From Amphiscolops sp. MND2022 (Eukaryota), in assembly GCA_964187785.1 (NCBI GenBank), contig OZ076412.1, forward strand, positions 14,260,001-14,324,000: 64,000 bases of DNA, read 5' to 3'. The first letter of the stretch is position 1. Each line of letters opens with the position of its first letter. Shown here piece by piece: positions 34,162 through 44,320 of this stretch. The notes beneath the pieces are model-generated. The model did not search any database, was not told the origin of the DNA, and was given only the letters and a program-made list of their open reading frames with translations. A program made the position numbers and the translations under genes.

Positions 34162-34816
34162 CCCGTACTGACAACCCAGGAAAAACCATCGGTGAGGGAA
34201 AATTAGCTCACGTGGAGACTTTACCACCTGTGACCATCGGTGGTGCACCGATGCACCATCGGTGGAAAATTCGAAAATTTCGAAAATGAATATTTTGTTC
34301 AAAATTTCAAGCGACTGGTTGCTGCTTTTTTGTTGCACCTGCTCGTTGGTTGCCCTGCTAATGTCGACTGTTTTTCAGTTGGCCAACCAAGACTATAAAA
34401 ACAGACATTTCCGCGGTTCTGATTTGAATTTTTGATGGACCTCGGTAGATATCCAACAGTGTTTTTTAATAATTTGGTGTTCACTTCGTTCTGTAGGACT
34501 TTACTAATGACCTTGCTCGTTATCACTTTCCGAAATTTATCGAAAATTATGAGTGCATGCATGCATGTGCTTTTAAAATTTTCCCGCGGCTTCAACTAGG
34601 GTAACCAACCTTTGGGGATCTTTCATTGACGGCCCTTGGGTGGCCCACCGTAGCCCACCTATGGTCCATCGGTGGCCCTACGATCCGATCCCTCTCGATA
34701 GCCCATCGGTGGCCACCAATCGCCACCGGTGGTCCCCGTAAAATCCCGTAAAACGGATGGACCTGTGTTGGAAGATCGGTGGCCACCGATGGATTTCCTT
34801 ATCTTGTCAACTCGGG
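34162..34816. mobile_element. CMC/EnSpm-like MITE
   Basis: About 33-bp imperfect TIRs (CCCGTACTGACAA..GGAAAAACCATCGGTG vs CCCGAGTTGACAA..GGAAATCCATCGGTG), CCC..GGG ends, a 2-bp flanking AA duplication, and subterminal CCATCGGTGG repeats. Confidence 0.65.
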
Positions 34817-35464
34817 AACAGTAGTTGAAGCAGAAGCTACGTTTGTCAATAACTTCATTTCAGCCTCTCGTTGTAACTCAGTGCTTTTTTTTTCCAGTCC
34901 GAACTAGATTGAATTGGATTGTCTTTTTGACTCAAAATAAATTTACACTACTGAAAAGAGATTTCCCTCCAAAGTGGCGCGAAGTTGCAATCTCTAAAAT
35001 AGTGTCTACTAAAATGTCTTGCACTTTTTTTATATCCATGAACTTGTCAACTTGACCGAACTACGCGCTGAAACTAACAAATAACGACACTCAGATCAAA
35101 TCTCCCGAAGTAAGCGGGAACATGCAACGCAATTTTTACATGAAGGGCTAGTTAGAATCTGGCCCCACAGTGCGTGATGCAAGGTACAAATCAAGGATTG
35201 ATTCAAGCTACTCGGAAGAGATTATATTGAAATGAAAATGCGTTTCCAAGTTTCCAATTTTTTGGCTGACATTAAGCGCAATCGTGAATCAGTAACGAAA
35301 TTGAAAAAAAAACATTGCCTGTGCAGAATATTTTCCATATTATTTGGGATTTGAATGGAATCACTTGATCGGATCCCTAATACTCCATTTTGAATGAGTG
35401 CTAACATCAGAGAGATTATGAGAAATGGTAGTTTTGAGCTTGTATCTGCTGTTCATGAACATGT

Positions 35465-35860
35465 TGGTTGGTCTCTTTGCTCGTTATACTGTTAAAGAAC
35501 TGATTATGTCAAAAGACACTGGGAGAGTAAATGATCAACAATGCGACAACGACTTACCAGAAGAAATGTTAGCCAAGTTCACTAACTGGAGCAGATAATT
35601 ACCTACCTTGAGTGAACTGTGAACCACAGGGAGCTACTGCGAAGGAAGTGTTATTGAAACATTAGAGCTGCGCCTAGTCGACGACAGAGTACAAGTTTAT
35701 TTCAGAGCATTTGCATTCCCACGAACTTTTGTTGACACGACGACTTGTAGCTGAATAGGCTTCCAACACCAAGTATGCCAATGTTGCCCCTCTGAATCGT
35801 CCCTACAAATTCTATGTTCGAGCTGCTGATATCCAAGGCGTGCTAACTGTTATAACTGAC
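35465..35860 (+). pseudogene. Old BEL/Pao pol fragment (RT/RNase H junction)
   Basis: QQCDNDLPEEMLAKFTNWS*LPTLSEL...SY..LELRLVDD..QV aligns with QQWDDDLPDEIVTKFIEWSEEL...RSY...MELHMFGDSSQDV of element B. Contains stops and frameshifts. Confidence 0.75.
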
Positions 35861-36350
35861 AAGACCTTCAAGAGTGGATTTTTACAAAGTTCTGGTTTTA
35901 CCATCTTTTTGGTCCCGAAAGATGATACTTAGCAAGTATTTGCTTATTTGCTTCAAATTACTGTAGCGCCGTGGATACTCTTAGCTAGAGTTTGATTCCC
36001 GAAGTCCTTCGACATTTGGTAGAAAGCAGTATCTTTATAAAGAATAAGTATCTTATAAGCAATTGATCAATTACGATCAATTAGTGTATCGAAACATTTG
36101 TTTTGTTAACTATCTTTGTTAAGATGGTCCGTTTGTGGCACTCTCAGTCCCATTTTAATGTCTTACGTTGATACCAATTTGTGCTGAACTTTTCTTCAAA
36201 AAAGGTGACATTTGGATGGTCGGAAGAGGACGAAACAACGATGTTAGATTTCTTATTTTGCAAAACGAACTGTATTTAGTCGGTTGCAAAAGAAAACCAG
36301 TCGGTTTTTGTTTATGTCGTTCCGATTCAACCTTTTTTACTTCGTTTTAG

Positions 36351-36485
36351 GTAATTTCCGGTTACGGGCCAGATATTCTTCTGCAAAGCATGCGTGATTT
36401 CTGCAGAGAACAAAACATTCAAGATGATTTTCTTCTTTCGCCGGAATTTGCTTCCACTTTCGACTTCAAACTCTCCACTAGCCAG
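36351..36485 (+). CDS. ChAT: ChAT exon
   Basis: ttttAG|GTA acceptor and CAG|GTAAAG donor. Encodes VISGYGPDILLQSMRD...FDFKLSTSQ, containing the conserved LSTSQ motif. Confidence 0.93.
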
Positions 36486-37085
36486 GTAAAGCTGTCATTA
36501 TAAGTTTTCTTCAATCTTTTTTTTGGATTAAAAATCAAGCAAGAATCAAAATGAGGCAAATGGTTTAGAAATTTGAGATTGAATTTATTAAGTTTGTTTT
36601 CGGGGTTTTTAATGCATGATAAAAAGTGATTTCAGATGATTTAATCGTTGGTTTTATAAGTTTGATTCACTTTATTTTATCTGTTATATTTATTTGGTAC
36701 AATGAAAAGTATTATTGTACAGAGAATGTCGAATAAGATCCGAAAAATGGGCGAACTTTGAGTTGAAAAGTTTTGTAATGAAAATTATGATTGAACTTTA
36801 AAGAGTCCAAGCGTATATCGATGTAAGGCTGGATCCGCTGAAACTTCAAAAGTTGTTTCATTCAACGTTCACCTGAACTGTGAATCGAGGTCATATGAAC
36901 TTCTCTACAAATTTTAAACCAACTTTCCGAACAGGTTTCCAGCTTTAAAAACTTTCAAATTCAGATGCAGATAATTGAAAACAATCTAAATTTTATTGAT
37001 GGTGTGAGGGTACATAAATCATTTACGAAAATATATATGATACTTTGATGTAAAGCTCTTTTACATTTTCAACTTCCTTCTGCAG

Positions 37086-37292
37086 GTTTCAACTGGAACG
37101 AATCAATTCATGTTCTACGGTCCTGTGACTCACGATGGATACGGGGCTTGTTACAACCTGCACAGGGATTTCATTTCAGTCTGTGTGTCCACTTTCAAGT
37201 CCTCAAACTATTCGCAGCACTCCGAATTTGTGAAAAACGTGAGATCTTCCATCACCAACTTGTACCAAGTCATTGCATTCAATGGAAACTGA
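37086..37292 (+). CDS. ChAT: ChAT last coding exon (TGA at 37290-92)
   Basis: ctgCAG|GTT acceptor. Encodes VSTGTNQFMFYGPVTHDGYGACYN...; ATTAAA at 37330 is a possible polyA signal. Confidence 0.95.
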   Translation, partial: VSTGTNQFMFYGPVTHDGYGACYNLHRDFISVCVSTFKSSNYSQHSEFVKNVRSSITNLYQVIAFNGN

Positions 37293-40200
37293 ACCGTAAA
37301 ATCACCATCATGTATAAAATGGTGCAACAATTAAAGATCATACTAAGAGCTCTTGTGGTTCGACACCAAACTGCATGGTTCTATACCATAATTTAATTCC
37401 GTTTCCATACATGGAATTCCATGAAACCATGCAGTTCCAACCATGAAATGCGTAGTTCAACTTACAACAAGCCGGGAACGGCCAAAGTCGGAACTATATC
37501 TCAGGCTCAAAAATGTAAAAGGGGGGACCCTTTGGGCTTTGTGAAACTCCAGTTGGTTGCAAAATTTCAAAAAAATTGAAGGGTGGATTTGTCGGAGACA
37601 TTAATAAAAAAATTCGAAAAATTTTAAAATTGAGATTTTTGAACAGTCACAGTGCCGAAAATTGCAAAAGGGGGGAGGGACCCTTTGGGATTTTTGACAT
37701 CCATTGTGTTGCAAAATATGGAAAAATTGAAGGGGAGACCCTTTGGTGGAATCCGAAAAGCTTCAAAAAAAGGCGCATAGTACCGAAAAAAATCCGAGCT
37801 AAAAACACCAAAGGGGGGATCCTATGTTATCGCGGTTCTGGACGTCACACCAAGAAGGTAATGCCACACCCAGATTGTACACCCAAATTGTAGCATCATT
37901 ATATATTATTGATATTATGACCAGCAACGTAGATAAACTAACAGCTCTGCAAGCAATAATTATTCCAAACAAAAACGATTGGTGAAAAATTAGCATGCCT
38001 CATGTTACGAAATTACAATATTTGACTGTAAATGTTCAGTATTCCGTTGTAAATACAAAAACGGTGCAATCTTTTAGCATGGCTCCGGTACTTTATTTCT
38101 ATTCATTGAAGCAGATTGTAGTACCATTACAAATTTTATGTGCTTCGTATATTTGTCAAATTCCTTTTTAAATCCGCTTCTTCAAATCTGTCACAAAATA
38201 ATTGATGTAATTCATTAATGTACAATTCACAAAATGTAAATTTCTGTCGATCGACTTTAGTTTGTAAATCAGTTAAACAATTAAAAAGTGTAACTTTGAC
38301 GTTTTTCCAACAAATCCTTACAAGTGTGTGTATTTATTATACCTGTGTAAATCATTACAAAGGTATAGTATTTATCCGAGTTTGGAAGTCTGGCATTTTA
38401 CCATTTGACATTACAAAAATTTGTCCGAGTAACCTAACAACTCAGTTCCATACTTACACTCATCAATGACGTTTCATTACATTACCTAACTTGCGTTTAT
38501 TTATATCGAGACAGTTATTACTGGTAGTTTCAGTTCAAAAATGAACTTCTTGCTTGAAAAAATACGAACATTGACAAAATTATCGCAACCAATTCTTGGC
38601 CTCAATAATATGACGAGAAGTGCATTGCGAAGGAAAAACATGTAATATTTATGAAGCCTTTGCAGGATAGTCAAAATGTTCATGGTATCAACGCCAAGGA
38701 AGGATAAAACCAAGTGTTTGAGATAAAAATGGAATTAGTATTCTTTGATTCTGACTTTCAGCTGTTTGATTAAATAGAAGATAACTAACTACTTTCAAGA
38801 CATCATTCATCCCTATGATAGTAGTCAAAAGTTCATCATTCGTTATGACTTCTTTGAGTGCACGATAGCGGCGCAGTGTATATTGCAAGATATTTGATTG
38901 ATTTGACGCATATCAGAATGCAAACTAGTCAATTTTGTTTATAATTCCACTACAAAAGAAACTTACAAAAGATTTCTTGATACTCTGACAAAACTTTTAT
39001 TCGTTGTTCTCGTTAAGAGCTCCATGAGGTTGGTATCCTTACAGTTTGGCAACGTTTTGACATAAAAAGGTTGCCCTTTGCCTTATCATTAAAATCAGTT
39101 TCTGAAACAGCTCCAACACTTTCGGTACGTGATTATTTCATAACTTATCTTTGGTTCATTAGTTACATGACGTTTTTCTACTAGGACATTTGCTGCAGGA
39201 CGTTTCGCTGCTTCGTAGTTTGCTACCAATTCTAACTTGCTGATGACTACGAGCCTATTGATCAACTTTTCTTATGTTAGGTATAAAAAACCGGGAACTG
39301 CTCAAGTCGGCGCCCAGTATAAGGTTCCAAAAGAGCAAAATGATTTGAATATTGAAAGAGACAACTATTGTGAAACTTTTTCTATGAAACCATGAAGTGC
39401 CTAAAATTACCCGAACGCCCACAAAACGCTTTTTCAAACCGAAAACAGAAAGAAACGTGAAGGGCTACATACCCTTTGATCAAATAAATTTTTTAGGAAA
39501 AAAGTCGCGCATCGCAGAAAAACCCAAAAATTGTTTTGCCAGGATTCGAATCCACTTACCGTTGCTTCCCAACCACACTAGGCTCAGCGAAATCGAAACT
39601 TATTAACTTGCTAACTATCCATGACGGCTAACCGGACATGCATATAAAAATATAAAAACAATATAACATCGAAGCTACCGAAAAGTTTGAAAAATGCACG
39701 CCCAAAAATTCCAGTAATAGCGTCCCGGATTTACGCGCCCCTTTTTGAAGAAAACGAGTAGATCTACACTAACAGTAACGAGCACTTTCTTCAGTTTCCC
39801 AAATCCAAGTATGCACTCTTTTGTTAATCTTTTTAGTTGGCGCTTGATGAAGTGAAACGCGACTATAATAGTGACTCTTTTTTTAATCCACACGAACTGA
39901 CCAAAGTTGTTCTACAAGTTCTACAAAAATTTAAGGGGCCAAATTGTACCATTTGGCCCAAAAAACAACTATAATATTTGTTCCTTTTTTATAGTGTAAC
40001 AACTAAAACCAGATTTTTAATGTCTCTAAAGGGTCCCTTTCCAGTTTTTTGATCTTTTGCAACAGAATGGATGTTAAAATCCCAAAGGGTACCCCTTTCA
40101 CCTTTTTCGGTACTATGAGATTGTTCAAGATTCTCGATTTTCCGTTATCTTTCGAAAATGTTTTAATGTCTCTAAAAAACCCCCCTTCAGATTTTTAGAT

Positions 40201-40461
40201 ATTTGCAACAGAATAGATGTTAAGAAATCCCAAATGCCCCCCTTGTGAGCCAGTTCGATCTCCCTTTTGGTGCTCCTGAAATCCTAAAAACCTAAAAGTT
40301 CAATTATAATCAGATAAATGTCGGACATGGCCACCACTTGTGCACAAAGTGCTCAGAAATTTGTTGCCGAGGTCCTTATGCTGTATTTTATGTATGCTGT
40401 ATGCCATATGAGTTTGTAAAATGTAAATCATAGTGATACGCTTCGGTTCTTTCATTCAGAA

Positions 40462-40732
40462 ATGAGCCACGACGTGAAAAAAGAAAGAAATTTTGAAGCC
40501 TTCAATGTACACGAGGGAGGCCAACATGTCGAAATTGATCGCGAAGGTCGCGAAACCTGGAAGGGCAAGTTCGATTTTCTCATGACCCTCATTGGGTTCA
40601 GCGTGGGGGTGGGAAACCTGTGGAGATTTCCCTATCTGTGCTACAAAAATGGGGGCGGAGTTTTCCTCATCCCCTATTTCACAGTCCTCTTTGGAGCCGG
40701 GATACCCCTTCTTTTTCTGGAAGTGTCCCTAG
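40462..40732 (+). CDS. SLC6 sodium/chloride-dependent neurotransmitter transporter (GABA/taurine/creatine-type), first coding exon
   Basis: [43 protein letters not shown] is the SNF family signature. TM1 has Gly, not the Asp of monoamine transporters. Donor G|GTCCAC at 40733. Confidence 0.93.
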
Positions 40733-43700
40733 GTCCACAGTTGTACAATGACACAATTTCCAAATACGTTCCGACAGTTTTTTTTGGATTTTCCAAGTTG
40801 TTGCTCAGAAATATGTATGTTCTATGTATTGAACAGAAAAAAATTGGAATGATAAAAATTTACTAGTCAAGCTACTTTCGAAACTTTGCCATTTTCAGTT
40901 TTTAAACTGTTAACGTTCAGTATAGTTATTTGTCTCAGAGATTATGCTGAATTTCATGATCAGAGTGGACCAGATCGAGTGGACTCCGCGAACGCGTTTT
41001 CAAGAGCTAGCTATTTGCCGCCGAGCGTTTATGAATTTCTCTTGCAAAGCTTTTCAGTTCTCAGCTGAAATGGAAATGAGTTCAAAATGTCCGTTTGAAC
41101 GATTAAATAGTCAACTCTTTTGAGTACTGTTTGATTGTACTAGTTGCACATGAGAAACAGACCTGTCAATTTTACTACCTGTGGGAATAAAACAAACAGC
41201 TTCCGTCTTCGACAGTTTTCTGACCCAAACGAATCTTCAACAATTTCAGTACAAAATTTCAACTTTTTCTTTGAGGCGTTTTCCAATCGCAGTTTCATAA
41301 GATTTTTTCTTATGCTGAAGTGGTTGGTCAGTTGAACCAAAGCTTGTTTGTTTTGCTAGTTTCGTAGTCGAACAGAAAAACTATTACAATCCAGGCAGAT
41401 TAGTTTTCAGCAGTTGAATAGACAATCAAATTGTATACCAACTGAATTTCGTCCAATTTGTTGGTTTCTATTCACGTCCCAAATTGGTCCCCATTCCGGT
41501 GGAACTTGAGCAAGATCCTGCGGACAAGAACCGTTGAATAATTGAACTTCCTTTGGATGTGAAAGAATAATCTTTGGAGAACGAAAAGCTTCGCAGTTTA
41601 AAAGAGTACCCAGTGTTCGGAGCCATGGTACGTTTGCCAAAATCCATGGCAAGTTTCTTTCTAGCCTTGCCAAGACCTTGCCTTGATACTGCCATGATCT
41701 TGACGAGCGTTCCATGTATCATGATTTGCCGTGATCTTGACCAGGGTACCATGGTTAACAATGATTTAGCAAGATCAACAATGATCATGGCAAGCGTTCC
41801 ATGGCTTCGAACAGTGGTCGTAAAACAGCTCCAGTTACTCTTAGTTTTTTAGCATTTCACCCTCGACTAAACTTAAATAGGTACTTGGTAAGATTCAACT
41901 AAATCTCTTGTTTTGATCACGAATTACAAGAACAAGTTTCTCTACAATCGAAAACAGTCACGTGACCTGCTTCGTCAAACTCTGAGCTTTAATGTGAAAA
42001 ACTCCAACAGAAAAGGATTTTGTTCGGTCGAAAACGCTTTGCTGAAGTGACTAGCTTAGCTAGTTTTCGCTCCATTTTGCTCACCCGATTGATCAAAAAA
42101 GGCGGTTCAATAATATAGTTACGACTAACAGCGATAATAATATAACTTCTGTATATCCATCTGTCAAGAATAACTAAACTGCTTAAGATTGGTAACGATA
42201 TTTCAGCCACTCGCAAGATCCGAAAATTCAACTCTAGCAAGATCACAGTTCCTTAAGGCAACTTCAGATGCTAACTCGGTTCTATCACAAACCCCGAACT
42301 GGTCCTTCAATCTCTAAGTGTTTTTCTATTTTCGCCTTATTGTGTATATTCATCGCGCATGTTTCGGGTGGTCTAATTATTACCTTGTACCTTGTACGTG
42401 ACATCTGTTTCCCTGATTACTTATCCTTTTCTGCCATGGCGACCGCAACTAGAAATACTTCAACTGTTGCCAAGTATTCCTAGCTGCCAATGGCAAATAA
42501 TTCAACAACTTGTCGTAGGCTCACATTCTAGGATAATTCAAGTATCCCAAAATATTTCTAGTGTCGAGAGAATTGCTGAATGACCTTCAATTACATGGTT
42601 TACATGTTCTCTACGTGTAAAGGAGTGTTTCTTCGTCATTCTAACTGCGATGCATCGCGAATCTTCTTGTCCGGTTGAAATGAATAACTTATCACGCAAA
42701 GACGCTGATTTGCATGGTTTAAGAATACACCTTTCTCTATGTATCAAGGGGTCACAACTGAGATGACCTTGAGGTTCCTCCGATACCTTGAAATTATTCT
42801 TCAATGGCTATCCTCATTGTTTGTTTACTTAAGCCGGTTACCCCTAGATGGGTCACAAATACGAAAGAAAAACTTAGTGAAATTCAGTCGAAGAAATCAA
42901 TTCTGTCTTAGCAAGTTCTGTTTCAAGTGGCGAGAAGTAGCGTCTGCTAAGTAACCACCGGGTATGTCTAATAAGCAATAATAAAACGCGCTCTGGCCAG
43001 CCTTTTCAGCTGTTTGTATTAAATGCGACATTCTAAAAACGCGATAATCATAGTTTTGTTTATCGTCTGGGCTTCCCGCAAACAATTGGGATTTTTGTTA
43101 AACGCTGCAATCTGAAAACTCCACATTTAGCTAACGTTTAGAATATTGTTCTTTGTGATATCAGCTTAGAGAGTGGATGTGTAGATCTTTATCACAGTTG
43201 AGATGCTTCCGCCCATGACTGTTTTGCCGAGCTATGGAAGGGCCTTGTTTCGTTTCATGTAGTAGTTGCTGGTCCACTGTTGTTTTTCAGTTGACACCGA
43301 TATTTCGATATCGGTGTCAAGTCGAAGATGAACTTTTTTGTCGCTAAGGGATAAGGTCTCCATCAAATGCGCGAAACTCTAGAGCTAACATTTCAAGAGT
43401 CTCTGCAGATGGATAGATTTTTAGACGGAAGACACGTCATGGTCAATTTTTACTTATCAACTTGATAACAAAATGTAGACTTTTCATGTATTAATTTGGC
43501 GCGAAAGGATACTTAATTATTATAGAGAACTTTGACCCCAATCTAGCACTAACTTATATAAAACTAGGTTATTCAAACAAAGCACAGCAAGAAATAATAA
43601 ACATGGTAAAAAACAAATCCATTTCAATTTGATTCTCTCGATTTTTTTTCGAATATCTTCAATAATACTCCTGATTCAAAGTTTGCATCTGGTTTAGAGA

Positions 43701-43804
43701 ATGGTTACATGTCGTTGTTGAATGAAAGGTGAGAGCCTCGGAGTCGAAAATTACTTGACCTAAAGTTTTTTTTGCGTTTCAACTGTTTGTACAACTGTGA
43801 GCAG

Positions 43805-44041
43805 GTCAATTCACCTCGTTCAGTGGGGTGTCATCGTGGAATATTTACCCCCTAGTGAAGTGTTTGGGGGTAGCGACGACCACAGTGGTGTTTTACTTGA
43901 ACTTGTACTACATTGTAGTGATTGCGTGGGGCTGTTACTACTTGTACTCCTGTTTCACTTTCGGTGACCTTCCGTGGACAAAATGCCAACCCTCGTTCGG
44001 GGATGCATGTGACCCAAACAGCAACATGACCGGACAAACAG
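43805..44041 (+). CDS. SLC6 transporter coding exon 2 (3' end uncertain: GC donor at 44042, or GT donor at 44009)
   Basis: CAG|GT acceptor. Encodes GQFTSFSGVSSWNIYPLVKCLG...LNLYYIVVIAWGCYYLY..F..LPWTKC......AC, i.e. TM3 and the EL2 cysteine pair. Confidence 0.88.
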
Positions 44042-44120
44042 GCAGGGACTACTAATTAAACATTCTTTGAAAAAAAATTTAAAAACTTGAAAAAAAATGT
44101 TCGTTGTCACACTCACTGTT

Positions 44121-44320
44121 NNNNNNNNNNNNNNNNNNNNNNNNNNNNNNNNNNNNNNNNNNNNNNNNNNNNNNNNNNNNNNNNNNNNNNNNNNNNNNNN
44201 NNNNNNNNNNNNNNNNNNNNNNNNNNNNNNNNNNNNNNNNNNNNNNNNNNNNNNNNNNNNNNNNNNNNNNNNNNNNNNNNNNNNNNNNNNNNNNNNNNNN
44301 NNNNNNNNNNNNNNNNNNNN
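44121..44320. other. Assembly gap (200 N)
   Basis: Run of N that hides most of the 5' LTR and left TSD of element C. Confidence 1.

Noticed and set aside
37900-39250. Minus-strand ORF fragments (38501..38713, 38688..38888) as a gene or transposase
   Set aside because: They are short, frame-broken and show no motif I can recognise.
1-40461. VAChT (SLC18A3) nested in ChAT
   Set aside because: No MFS-type ORF is present. Its usual position, the first ChAT intron, lies upstream of this window.
40733-40866. C-terminal part of track ORF 40462..40866
   Set aside because: It is intron read-through; homology resumes (GQFT) at exon 43805.
41400-41870. Overlapping ORFs in the CCATGG/CAAGATC-rich stretch
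   Set aside because: The frames are open because of low-complexity subterminal-type repeats, most likely a MITE remnant.
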